A stretch of 42,766 nucleotides of DNA from Candidatus Omnitrophota bacterium (lineage in GTDB: Bacteria > Omnitrophota > Gorgyraeia > Duberdicusellales > 4484-171): NCBI GenBank assembly GCA_003644405.1, contig QNCE01000003.1, positions 1 through 42,766 of the forward strand, read 5' to 3'. Numbering within the stretch: the first letter of the stretch is position 1; each line of letters begins with the position of its first letter. The notes beneath the pieces were generated by a model. The model worked only from the letters and a program-made list of their open reading frames with translations. It did not search any database and was not told the DNA's origin. Both the position numbers and the translations under genes were made by a program. This document shows, one piece after another, positions 7,182 through 16,494 of the stretch.

Positions 7182-8519
7182 TTAAGTTAACTCCAATCTT
7201 TCCCTTAAGTATTCATAAACTCTATCTATCTCTACTCTTTGCTGAACCATACTATCTCTATCTCTTACGGTAACTTTTCTATCACTTAAACTCTCTACAT
7301 CCACAGTAACACAGAAAGGAGTTCCTATTTCATCTTGCCGGCGATATAGCTTACCAATAGCTGCTGTATCATCATAGACAGCAGCCATCTTATCTTTTAT
7401 ATCATAAAAAATTTTCTTAGCAAGTTCTACTAACTGAGGTTTGTTCTTAAGAAGAGGGAAAATTGCTACCTTATAAGGAGCCAAACGAGGATGAATTTTT
7501 AAAACCACTCGCACTCTTCCTTTTACTATTTCTTCAGTATAGGCATCACAAATTACTGCAAAGAAAGTCCTATCTACTCCTGCTGAAGGCTCAATTACAT
7601 AAGGAATAAATTTTTTACCTGTTTGATCATCGTAGTAATAGAAATCTTTTTTACTTACTTGAGAATGCCGGGTTAAATCATAGTCTCCTCTATCAGCTAT
7701 TCCCTCAAGCTCTGACCAACCAAAGGGAAAATTATACTCTACATCAGTGCAGGCACGGACATAATGAGCAAGTTCATCTTTTGAATGCTGACGTAACCGT
7801 AAATTTTCTTTCTTTATTCCTACCTTATCGATGTAAAAGTTATATCTGCCCTCTACCCACCAATGGTAAAATTTTTCTGCTTCTTCAGGTTTAGTAAAAT
7901 ACTCAATTTCCATTTGCTCAAACTCTTTCATTCGAAAAATAAAATTCCCTCCAGTAACTTCATTCCGAAAAGCTTTCCCAATTTGAGCAATACCGAAAGG
8001 AAGTTTCTTATGAGTAGTATTTATAACATTTATAAAGTTAGTAAAAATACCTTGAGCAGTTTCTGGGCGAAGATAAGCAATCTGTGGTTGATCCTCAGTG
8101 GCACTTATATTTGTCTTTAGCATTAAATTAAACTTTCTAGGCCTGTATTTAGAGGTATCAATACAAAAACCACAATTAGAACAACGGTAAGTGACTTTGT
8201 CTATCTTTTCCAGCTTATCTAAACGTTCTCTCTTTTTGCACTGAGGACAATCAAGAAGGAAATCAACAAATCCTTCAAGATGCCCACTGGCTACAAATAC
8301 ATCCTGATGCATTATGATTGCGCTATCTAAACCTACAATATCCTCTCTTTTCTCTACGTACTCATTCCACCAAATATCTTTTATCCTCTTTTTTACTATT
8401 GCTCCCAAAGGCCCATAATCCCAAATGCTAGAGAGCCCTCCATAGATTTCTGAACCTCCAAAGATAAATCCTCGACGTCGACAAAGAGATACAATTTTAG
8501 ACAATTTCTCTTCAGGCAT
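7182..8519 (-). CDS. glyQS: Glycine--tRNA ligase, homodimeric (alpha2, archaeal/eukaryotic type)
   Basis: LRPETAQG, FRNE, EFEQME, ELEGIADR, IEPSAGVDR, YRRQDEIGTPFC. Confidence 0.96.
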   Translation of the reverse strand: MPEEKLSKIVSLCRRRGFIFGGSEIYGGLSSIWDYGPLGAIVKKRIKDIWWNEYVEKREDIVGLDSAIIMHQDVFVASGHLEGFVDFLLDCPQCKKRERLDKLEKIDKVTYRCSNCGFCIDTSKYRPRKFNLMLKTNISATEDQPQIAYLRPETAQGIFTNFINVINTTHKKLPFGIAQIGKAFRNEVTGGNFIFRMKEFEQMEIEYFTKPEEAEKFYHWWVEGRYNFYIDKVGIKKENLRLRQHSKDELAHYVRACTDVEYNFPFGWSELEGIADRGDYDLTRHSQVSKKDFYYYDDQTGKKFIPYVIEPSAGVDRTFFAVICDAYTEEIVKGRVRVVLKIHPRLAPYKVAIFPLLKNKPQLVELAKKIFYDIKDKMAAVYDDTAAIGKLYRRQDEIGTPFCVTVDVESLSDRKVTVRDRDSMVQQRVEIDRVYEYLRERLELT

Positions 8520-8527
8520 AGATTTTT

Positions 8528-8555
8528 ATTATATCTAAAAAAAAATAAATTGCAA
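8528..8555 (-). promoter_or_regulatory. Putative sigma-70 promoter directly abutting the GlyRS start codon
   Basis: TTGCAA(8555-8550)-N16-TATAAT(8533-8528), 8 nt before ATG (8519); no SD. Confidence 0.65.
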
Positions 8556-8557
8556 TT

Positions 8558-9433
8558 TTATCTTCTCTTAGCCAAGTAATCCTTTAGCTTCCTAAATTCT
8601 TCTTCACTCATTGAGAAACTTTCCTCAGCTAGAGGAAAGTTCCTGCCTTTAACATCACAGATAAAATCTTTCAATGCTTTAACTATTAAGGGGTATAAAT
8701 CGCAGTAAACTCTTACAAATTTTGCTTTCATCTTCTTATACAATCCTAACAAATCATAGAGGACAAGAACCTGTCCATCACAGTGAGGACCCGCCCCTAT
8801 ACCAATGGTGGGAATCTTAAGTGATTGAGTAATTAACTCTGCTAACTGCAGGGGCAGGCACTCTAAAACTAAGCTAAATACCCCTATCCTTTGAAGCTCT
8901 CTTGCTTGTTTCAGCAAACTCAAAGCTCGATGGAATTTTTTTCCCTGTACCCGAAACCCTCCTAATTTCTGTACTGTTTGAGGAGTAAGACCAATATGCC
9001 CCATAACAGGAATTCGATTAGCTATAAGTTGGCTAGTTACTTGGAGGCAGTTAGAGAACCACTCTATCTTCACCGCCTCTGCTCCTGCTTCGTAAATAAA
9101 CTTTTTAGCATAGTAAACTGCTTTCTTAGGAGCTTTCTGATAACATACATAAGGCATATCTGCTACTACCAAGCTATGTTGGACAGCTTTCTTTACTGCT
9201 TTGGTATGCTCAAACATTTCACGAAAACTTACTTCTTTGGTAAACTCTTTTCCCAAAACTACGTTGGCAAGAGAGTCTCCTACTAAAATTATATCTAGTC
9301 CCACCTGGTCTAAAATAGAAGCAAAAGAGTAATCGTAGCAAGTAACCATAACGATTTTTTCCTTGCCTTTCTTTTTAAGCAGCTTATCTATCTTTTCCGA
9401 ATTAGAAAATGTGGAGATGCTCTCCTTTTTCAT
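8558..9433 (-). CDS. panB: 3-methyl-2-oxobutanoate hydroxymethyltransferase
   Basis: MVTCYD, ILVGDS, VADMPY, GHIGLTPQ, TIGIGAG, DGQVLV; exact start uncertain. Confidence 0.96.
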   Translation of the reverse strand: MKKESISTFSNSEKIDKLLKKKGKEKIVMVTCYDYSFASILDQVGLDIILVGDSLANVVLGKEFTKEVSFREMFEHTKAVKKAVQHSLVVADMPYVCYQKAPKKAVYYAKKFIYEAGAEAVKIEWFSNCLQVTSQLIANRIPVMGHIGLTPQTVQKLGGFRVQGKKFHRALSLLKQARELQRIGVFSLVLECLPLQLAELITQSLKIPTIGIGAGPHCDGQVLVLYDLLGLYKKMKAKFVRVYCDLYPLIVKALKDFICDVKGRNFPLAEESFSMSEEEFRKLKDYLAKRR

Positions 9434-10358
9434 CTTTAGTAATTACAAAAATTTTTAATGTAGATAGGTTTTTAGAAAGAAACTCTTTTAACTTATCTAT
9501 CCCCATAATAAAAAATGCTGTGGCTAAACTATCGGCTGTAGTAGCATTCTTTGCTACCACACTCACACTTAAAATATTACCTCTTTGAGGAAAACCAGAA
9601 AAAGGGTTAATAAGATGGGAGTAAGTCTGACCTTTGTAAGTGAAAAACTGCTCGTAGTTACCTGAGGTAGCTATCGCTTGGTTATAAAGTTTGAGAGAGT
9701 AAACCAACTCACCTTTTCTTAGAGGATCACCTATCCCTACCTGCCAAAACCCTCCCTCTTTCTTACCCAAACAATAAATATCTCCTCCTGCATTAATTAA
9801 AGCACTATCTATATTGGCATCTTTTAACTTTTTCACTGCTTTATCTATCATATACCCTTTAGCAATTCCTCCTAAATCAATAATTAATCCTTTCTTTTTG
9901 ATAGTTATTGTGCCTTTTTCCTTATCTAAAAGGATATACTCCATACCTCCTATTTTCTTTATCTCCTCTATCACTTGAGAAGAAGGAAAAAACTCTTTTT
10001 TCTTATTATTTATTAAATCCTTCCAAAACTTATAAAGCGCGCCTCTGCTCACATCAAAATAGCCGCCAGTTAACTGATAAACCTGACTAGCCAAATTTAT
10101 AACTTCTATGAGTTCCTTTGACACTTTGACAGGTTTATTATAACTTCTGTTTAAAGAAGATAGTTCAGAATAAGGGGCATAAAGGTTAAAAATCTTATCT
10201 AATCTCTTAAATTCCCTATAAACTATTTTAGCCGCATCAGGGTATGGAGAAATTACCTCTAAAAATGTAGAACTAATAACAAACTTGTCTTTATAGAGGG
10301 GGGGCTGAGCACAATCTAATAAAAGAAGCAGGAGAAAAATAAAAAGTATTTTCTTCAT
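9402..10358 (-). CDS. apbE: FAD:protein FMN transferase lipoprotein
   Basis: Lipobox-like LLDC, DLGGIAKGY, NAGGD, ATSGNYE, HLINP, ADSLATA. Confidence 0.94.
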   Translation of the reverse strand: MKKILFIFLLLLLLDCAQPPLYKDKFVISSTFLEVISPYPDAAKIVYREFKRLDKIFNLYAPYSELSSLNRSYNKPVKVSKELIEVINLASQVYQLTGGYFDVSRGALYKFWKDLINNKKKEFFPSSQVIEEIKKIGGMEYILLDKEKGTITIKKKGLIIDLGGIAKGYMIDKAVKKLKDANIDSALINAGGDIYCLGKKEGGFWQVGIGDPLRKGELVYSLKLYNQAIATSGNYEQFFTYKGQTYSHLINPFSGFPQRGNILSVSVVAKNATTADSLATAFFIMGIDKLKEFLSKNLSTLKIFVITKDEKGEHLHIF

Positions 10359-10367
10359 AGAAGTATT

Positions 10368-12092
10368 CTATTTTTTTAACCACTTCAGAAGCTTATCCAA
10401 AGACCAACAATTCAAAACATCTTCTTTCTCCAACCATCCTCTTCTTGCTACACTTACTCCCAAATCCATATTAAGCATCTGATCAAGAATATGGGCATCG
10501 GTTCCTAAAGCAATTTTTACTTTTTTTGCTCGTGCGCGCATACAGTTTATATCATTTAAATCCAACCTCTGCGGAAAACAGTTAAGTTCTAAGGCAACTT
10601 GATAATCACTAGCCACTTTGAGGATTTCATCAAAATCAATTTCGTAAGAATCTCTTACTCCGAAAAGTCTCCCTGTGGGATGAGCAATAACATGCACGTA
10701 CTTATTTTTACAAGCACTTACTATTCTCTTAGTGAGTTGGTGTTGGGGCTGTTTAAATCCTGAATGAATAGCAGCAATAACTAAATCGAACTCCTTTAAA
10801 ACACTATCAGGATAATCAAGGCTTCCGTCGTTTAAAATATCCACTTCTGTACCGCATAAAACCTTTACTTTTTTAAGTTGGCGATTAATCTTTCTTACTT
10901 CTTCAATCTTAGCATAAACGTCTTTTACAGAAACCCCTCCTGCCACTTTAAGTCCTTGAGAGTGATCACAAATTCCTACATATTGGTAACCCATCCTCTC
11001 TGCATAAAGAGCTATATCCTTTATAGTAGATGTTCCATCACTATACTTAGAGTGAACATGTAAATCACCTTTAATATCCTTCCTATCTATAATTTTAGGT
11101 AGTTTATTCTTTAAGGCTAACTCTACTTCTCCTCTATCCTCTCTTAACTCGGGAGCAACAAAAGGCATCTTAAAAAGTTCAAAGATTTCCTCCTCAGTTC
11201 TACCTGCTACCTTTTTTTCTTTACCCTTAGTTAAAGCAAATACCCCATACTCATTTATCTTGTAGCCATCTTTACTTGCCAGTTGTCTTAACTTTATATT
11301 AAATGCTTTAGAACCGGTAAAGTACATAAGAGCTGAACCAAAGCTTTCTTTCTCTACTACTCTTAAATCAACTTGAATTTCATTCTCACCTGCTCTCACT
11401 GAAGACTTGGTCTCTCCTTTAGCAAGAACTTCTCTAACATAACTTAAATTCACAAACTTATCCATAACTTCAGAAGGATTTTTAGAAACTATAAGGATAT
11501 CTATATCTCTTATCGTTTCTTTTCTCCTCCTTACAGAACCAGCTACTTCAATTTTTTCTACTTCCTTCATTTGCCTTAAAGGTTCTAAAAAACCTTCTGC
11601 TATTTTTAAAGCAAGATAAAGGGGTGTTCTTTCTCTTCCCTTCTTTAGGAGACTAATGCCTTTTAAAATATTCTCCTCAGTCTTTTCTCTTATACCATCT
11701 AACTTCCTTAACTTACCACTTTTAGCAGCCTCTTCTAACTTTCCTATAGAATCTATCTTAAGTTTTTCATAAATAAGCTTTACTGTCTTAGGACCTAAAC
11801 CAGGTATTTCCATCATCTCTAATAAACCCTTAGGCACCTCCTTTTTTAACTTCTCATACTGAGTTAACGTCCCTGTCTTGATTATCTCCTTTATCTTATT
11901 AGCTAAATCTTGACCTATACCGGGAAGAGAGGTAAGTTTATTCTCTTTAGCAAAGACTTCTACATCTTGAGTAAGGCTTTCTATATTCTGACTCGCTTTC
12001 TCGTAAGCTCTAATTCGAAAAGGATTTTCTCCTTTGAGCTCTAAGAGCTTAGCAATCTCTCTAAAAATATCAGCTACAAGCTTATTTTTCAT
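10368..12092 (-). CDS. polX: DNA polymerase X family with PHP 3'-5' exonuclease domain
   Basis: GENPFRIRAY, AGSVRR, DID plus VDLR catalytic Asp triad, FTGSK, PHP motifs HVHS/DHS/AHP/TDAH. Confidence 0.96.
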   Translation of the reverse strand: MKNKLVADIFREIAKLLELKGENPFRIRAYEKASQNIESLTQDVEVFAKENKLTSLPGIGQDLANKIKEIIKTGTLTQYEKLKKEVPKGLLEMMEIPGLGPKTVKLIYEKLKIDSIGKLEEAAKSGKLRKLDGIREKTEENILKGISLLKKGRERTPLYLALKIAEGFLEPLRQMKEVEKIEVAGSVRRRKETIRDIDILIVSKNPSEVMDKFVNLSYVREVLAKGETKSSVRAGENEIQVDLRVVEKESFGSALMYFTGSKAFNIKLRQLASKDGYKINEYGVFALTKGKEKKVAGRTEEEIFELFKMPFVAPELREDRGEVELALKNKLPKIIDRKDIKGDLHVHSKYSDGTSTIKDIALYAERMGYQYVGICDHSQGLKVAGGVSVKDVYAKIEEVRKINRQLKKVKVLCGTEVDILNDGSLDYPDSVLKEFDLVIAAIHSGFKQPQHQLTKRIVSACKNKYVHVIAHPTGRLFGVRDSYEIDFDEILKVASDYQVALELNCFPQRLDLNDINCMRARAKKVKIALGTDAHILDQMLNMDLGVSVARRGWLEKEDVLNCWSLDKLLKWLKK

Positions 12093-12535
12093 CCTTTAAT
12101 AAACTTAAGGTTTAAAGGATATGAAGTAGACACTTTGTTCTTAATTCCTCCTCGTGCGGTAAACTCTCCTATAACCAAAATTTCATAGGGCTCTATGGTT
12201 TTTTTTAAATCTATTAAAATTTTATTTACTGCGTGCTCATTATAAATTTTAACGTTGCGGTAAGCGTAGAGATAGTACTTTAGAGACTTAAGCTCTATCA
12301 ACTTCTTTTTAGGAACATACTTTATAGTAAGTCTAGCGAAATCAGGAAGTCCTGAAAAAGGACAAAGACAAGTAAATTCATCAGTAGTAAGTTCTACTAT
12401 AGTTTTACGTTGAGAATAAAGATAATCAATAGTCTTAAGAATTGATGTATCTATATCTTGAGGAAGAAACGTTTGGCCTTGTGTTTTCTTTGCTTTTTTT
12501 TCTATTTCTGATTCCTTCCTATCTGAATAAATCAT
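12089..12535 (-). CDS. queF: NADPH-dependent 7-cyano-7-deazaguanine (preQ0) reductase, unimodular type
   Basis: EFTCLCPFSGLPDFA, ELKSLKYY, RGGI. Confidence 0.95.
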   Translation of the reverse strand: MIYSDRKESEIEKKAKKTQGQTFLPQDIDTSILKTIDYLYSQRKTIVELTTDEFTCLCPFSGLPDFARLTIKYVPKKKLIELKSLKYYLYAYRNVKIYNEHAVNKILIDLKKTIEPYEILVIGEFTARGGIKNKVSTSYPLNLKFIKG

Positions 12536-13260
12536 TGTAGATAAAGATTACTAAATAGATTAAAATTTAAATGGTGTGTAAGAAATCCATTTAAAATATT
12601 TAAAATTTCCTCTTCATCGTTAGAACTAGGTTCTATCCTGAGTACCAGGGGAAAATCTGTATTCTGAATATAAGAAATAATAGCAACTACCGAAGAACTG
12701 ATAGGAAAGACATCGGGATAAAAAGCTCGACATGTCTCGCAGAGAAGCCCTCCGCAAGAGATACTAAAAGAAAAGCCCAAAGATAACTTCTTATGACACT
12801 TAATACACTTAGTAAACTCTGGCTTGAATCCACAAAAAGTTAAAAACTTGGTAAAAAAAATACACAACAGTTTCGTAAGTCGATAATGGGTAAGAGATGA
12901 GAGAGAATTTTTAAGAAGGGAAAACACCAAAGGATTTTTGTCCCAAAGAGGAAGAGTTTTGTCAACAATCTCTATAAATTTACAAGCAACAGAGTTCTTC
13001 CCTAAATTCTTTCTTAAAAATGGAAAATCTTTAATTAAATCAGCGAATGATATAAGCCACAGAGTAGACCTTTTAGGGTAAAATACAAACTCGTTGTAAG
13101 TGAAAATATCCATAGAAGAGGAAAATTCTTTTTTAAGAGTGTAGAAGCCTTTTAAAATACCATTAATTTTACCAAACCTTTTAGTGAATACAGTAACAAT
13201 CAAACTTGTTTCTCTAAAATTCATCCTTTTGAGTACAAACCCAAAATCTTTAGCAATCAT
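12532..13260 (-). CDS. recO: DNA repair protein RecO
   Basis: N-terminal GFVL...ETSLIVTVFT..FGKI OB-fold; CxxC...GGLLCxxC Zn finger; follows ybeY. Confidence 0.9.
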   Translation of the reverse strand: MIAKDFGFVLKRMNFRETSLIVTVFTKRFGKINGILKGFYTLKKEFSSSMDIFTYNEFVFYPKRSTLWLISFADLIKDFPFLRKNLGKNSVACKFIEIVDKTLPLWDKNPLVFSLLKNSLSSLTHYRLTKLLCIFFTKFLTFCGFKPEFTKCIKCHKKLSLGFSFSISCGGLLCETCRAFYPDVFPISSSVVAIISYIQNTDFPLVLRIEPSSNDEEEILNILNGFLTHHLNFNLFSNLYLQ

Positions 13261-13675
13261 TCTCCAAAAAAAGTAAAACCTCTTTTTCTTTTTTCTGCAT
13301 TTTTCTTTTTTCCGCTAAATTTTTATCTCTATACCCTAAAAGGTGAAGTAATCCATGGATAATACAAAGAAGAAGCTCTCTTCTAAAAGAGGTCCGATAT
13401 AATTTAGCGTTATTAGCCACTTCTTCTGTAGAAATAATCACCTCCCCTAAGAGACCATCTGGGTAGTTATCTGCTAAAGGGAATGCAATGACGTCAGTAG
13501 AGGTATTTTTTTTAAAATACTTTGCGTTTAGCTTCTTTATTAAATCATTACTACAAAAAGTTAAGTTAACTTCTTTTTGAACCCTTAAGAAACGTAAAAT
13601 CTTCTCAACTTTTCTCCTAATCTCTCTTAGATTAACTTTCTTTCTGGTTTGGAGATTTTTTATTCGGACTTTCAT
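13250..13675 (-). CDS. ybeY: rRNA maturation endoribonuclease YbeY
   Basis: TDVIAF, LGEVIIS, HGLLHLLGYRD (the third His of the usual HxxxHxxGYDH motif is not conserved). Confidence 0.9.
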   Translation of the reverse strand: MKVRIKNLQTRKKVNLREIRRKVEKILRFLRVQKEVNLTFCSNDLIKKLNAKYFKKNTSTDVIAFPLADNYPDGLLGEVIISTEEVANNAKLYRTSFRRELLLCIIHGLLHLLGYRDKNLAEKRKMQKKEKEVLLFLENDC

Positions 13676-15017
13676 CCTTAGGGTAATTTATCCGAGTATG
13701 GAATATAGCATTTAAAATACGGATAAAACTCTGAGTTATGCGCTCCAAATCTCTAAGAGTAAGACTACTTTCATCTAACTCTCCTTCCATAAATTTTTTC
13801 CTTATCACCTCTCTTACCATCTCCTCCACTCGAGAAGGTGTAGGTTCCTCTAACGTGCGGGAAAGAGCCTCAACAGTATCTGCTAAAGCTACAATCGCTA
13901 CCTCTTTTGACTGGGGACGTGGCCCAGGATAACGGTATTCTTCTTTGTGTTCTTTGTCAGGCTCCAGTTCCTTGGCTCTTTGATAGAAGTAGTAGACTAA
14001 ACTTCTGCCATGGTGCTGGTGAATGAAATCTATTATCCGAGGATTAAGATGGTATTTTTTTGCTAACTCTACACCTTCTTTTACATGATTTATAATAATT
14101 AACTTACTTATGGAGGGTTTAAGTCTTTTATGAACATCTTGATAGGGAATTTGATTCTCTACGAAGTAGTGCGGTTTGATAACCTTACCTATATCATGAT
14201 AGTATGCTCCTACTCTGGCTAGAAGAGAATTTGCTCCAATCGCTTCAGCAGCTGCTTCCGCTAGATTAGCTACTACCAACGAGTGCTGATAAGTTCCTGG
14301 AGCTTCTAAGATCATTCTCCTCAAGAGAGGATGATTAAAATCAGAAAGCTCTAGTAAGGAGATATTAGTCACTACCTTAAAAATGAATTCAAATATAGGA
14401 AGAATACCAATAACTACAATAGAAGATGCAACTCCATTGATAAGACAAATTCTAAGAAGATCTAAGTTGAGAGAGGAAATACTAAACCCGGTTTGAGAGT
14501 TCTCTACTGTAAAAGCGATGAAGAATTGGATAAAACCAGCAACTACTCCTGCTCTTATAATCTGTAATCTTCTCCTTAACCGGTAGCTTAAAAGAGCCGT
14601 AGATAAAGATGCACAAAATAAAGAAATGCCTACATCGAAACTGCCTCCCTGCATACTTGCAGAAAGATAAGAGATAAATATGGAAAATAAGAGCGCTAAC
14701 TCTAAATTATCAAACAAAAAAGTAACTAACATTATGAAACCAATAGCAGGAATAGCATAGCCTGATTGTCTAAAAGTCACTGTAGTAAAAAAAGCAATTA
14801 TTACTCCAATGCTTGTTAAAAGAAGCAAATCTATATAAGAAGGCAAATCTTCTATCTTTCTAAAAAATTTAGCATAGACAAAAAGAAGTAAAGCAAGGAT
14901 AAGAGGAGAGAAATCTATACTATAGAGATAGAAAACAAAGCCACTTATTAAGAAAAAGCTGGCAGAAAGAGATATAGTTCCTAGATGGAATTTATTCTTT
15001 TTCGTAAAAATCTTCAT
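13632..15017 (-). CDS. Membrane HDIG/HD phosphohydrolase (7TM-HD, PgpH-like c-di-AMP phosphodiesterase family)
   Basis: Multiple TM helices, then LLELSD.NHPLL, APGTYQHS, YYHDIGK, HHG, YPGPRP, LADTVEA; located between phoH and ybeY. Confidence 0.9.
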   Translation of the reverse strand: MKIFTKKNKFHLGTISLSASFFLISGFVFYLYSIDFSPLILALLLFVYAKFFRKIEDLPSYIDLLLLTSIGVIIAFFTTVTFRQSGYAIPAIGFIMLVTFLFDNLELALLFSIFISYLSASMQGGSFDVGISLFCASLSTALLSYRLRRRLQIIRAGVVAGFIQFFIAFTVENSQTGFSISSLNLDLLRICLINGVASSIVVIGILPIFEFIFKVVTNISLLELSDFNHPLLRRMILEAPGTYQHSLVVANLAEAAAEAIGANSLLARVGAYYHDIGKVIKPHYFVENQIPYQDVHKRLKPSISKLIIINHVKEGVELAKKYHLNPRIIDFIHQHHGRSLVYYFYQRAKELEPDKEHKEEYRYPGPRPQSKEVAIVALADTVEALSRTLEEPTPSRVEEMVREVIRKKFMEGELDESSLTLRDLERITQSFIRILNAIFHTRINYPKDESPNKKSPNQKES

Positions 15018-15936
15018 AAGCTTGAATTATTTTCTGAATTAAAGGATGCCTAACCACATCTTTTTTAGTAAGGTAAACAAATTTTATCCCTTTTATAGGT
15101 TTTAAAATTTTTACTGCTTCCATTAACCCAATAGGTTTTCCTCCTGGTAGGTCACTTTGAGTAATATCTCCTGTGATTACTGTTTTGGAATCAAACCCTA
15201 AACGAGTAAGAAACATCTTAAGCTGCTCAGAAGTACAGTTTTGTGCCTCATCCAGAATGATGAAAGCATTATTTAAAGTCCTTCCCCGCATGTAGGCTAA
15301 AGGAGCAATTTCAATAACTCCTGTCTCTAAATACTCCTCAATGGTATCCGGCTCCATCATATCGTACAAAGCATCGTAAAGAGGTCTTAAGTAAGGACCT
15401 AGCTTCTGGTACATATCACCAGGTAGAAAACCTAAAGATTCTCCCGCTTCAATTGCTGGACGGGTTAAAATTATCCTACTTACCTTTTGGTTGGTAAGGT
15501 AATTTACTGCGTAGGCCATAGCTAGGTAAGTTTTTCCTGTACCCGCAGGCCCAATAACAAAAGTTATATCGTAATCCTTCATTGCTAGGAGATACTTTTT
15601 CTGTCCTTCAGTTTTGGGAAAAACAAATCTTTTCTTAGGGGAAGGAACCTTTATTCTAAATGACTGTAGATAATCATCTAAATCTGTAGCTGAAGAAAAG
15701 TTTAACTCTAACTCCTTTGGAGTAAAAACGATACCTCTCTTAAAAAGCTCATACATCTTACCAAGTAAATTAGCTACTTTTTCTACCTGTTTCTCTCCCC
15801 CCTTTACTGAAATACCTTCACTCCTTAGAATAATCTGAACCTTAAATTTTTTTTCGAGCTCTTTAACGTTTTTATCTCCTACACCAAAGAGTGACTTTAT
15901 AAACTCGTTATCCTTAATCTCTATAAGTTTTTCCAT
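14992..15936 (-). CDS. phoH: PhoH-like ATPase (YbeZ/PhoL type)
   Basis: GPAGTGKT, RPAIEAGESLGFLPG, YMRGRTL, DEAQN, GDITQ. Confidence 0.96.
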   Translation of the reverse strand: MEKLIEIKDNEFIKSLFGVGDKNVKELEKKFKVQIILRSEGISVKGGEKQVEKVANLLGKMYELFKRGIVFTPKELELNFSSATDLDDYLQSFRIKVPSPKKRFVFPKTEGQKKYLLAMKDYDITFVIGPAGTGKTYLAMAYAVNYLTNQKVSRIILTRPAIEAGESLGFLPGDMYQKLGPYLRPLYDALYDMMEPDTIEEYLETGVIEIAPLAYMRGRTLNNAFIILDEAQNCTSEQLKMFLTRLGFDSKTVITGDITQSDLPGGKPIGLMEAVKILKPIKGIKFVYLTKKDVVRHPLIQKIIQAYEDFYEKE

Positions 15937-15951
15937 TCTCTACCTCTGGGA

Positions 15952-16494
15952 TTAATCTTTCAAAGGAATCTTTATAACTAACCCTGGGTAAATTTTATCG
16001 GGATTCTTAATTATATCCTTATTTTCCTCATAAATTACTGGCCATTTCTTCGTCGTCCCATAGAATTTTTTAGATATCTTTTGGAGAGTGTCATTTTCTT
16101 TAACTTTATAAGTAATGTACCTAGGAATAACCTTTTGTTGGGGTATAGCTAATTTAGACTCCTGCTCGTTTTCTTGAGGTCTTTGTTCAATAACTTCCTC
16201 TTCTAAGATGGTTTCTTCGAAAGAAGTACTTTCAGGGGCAGAGGCTGGTTCTTCCTCCTTAGAAATAGAAGGTATAGAGGTCTCTTTAGGTTGATGGGGA
16301 CCTAATTCTATCTCAAATACAGTGAATGTTCTAGTAGTCTTAGAAGGAGTGGGGCTCTCCTTTGGTGTGCCCATCAGATATCCTTGATTACCTTTAATAT
16401 CCAAATCTCTCCTCGGCTTCTGGATTGTATAAGTTCTTATCAAGCATCCACTAAATACCCCTATCACTAATAAAAGTGCCAATATCCTTTTCAT
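15952..16494 (-). CDS. LysM peptidoglycan-binding lipoprotein
   Basis: Lipobox FSGC; Glu/Pro-rich linker; C-terminal YKVKENDTLQKIS...NPDKIYPGLVIKIP LysM domain. Confidence 0.9.
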   Translation of the reverse strand: MKRILALLLVIGVFSGCLIRTYTIQKPRRDLDIKGNQGYLMGTPKESPTPSKTTRTFTVFEIELGPHQPKETSIPSISKEEEPASAPESTSFEETILEEEVIEQRPQENEQESKLAIPQQKVIPRYITYKVKENDTLQKISKKFYGTTKKWPVIYEENKDIIKNPDKIYPGLVIKIPLKD

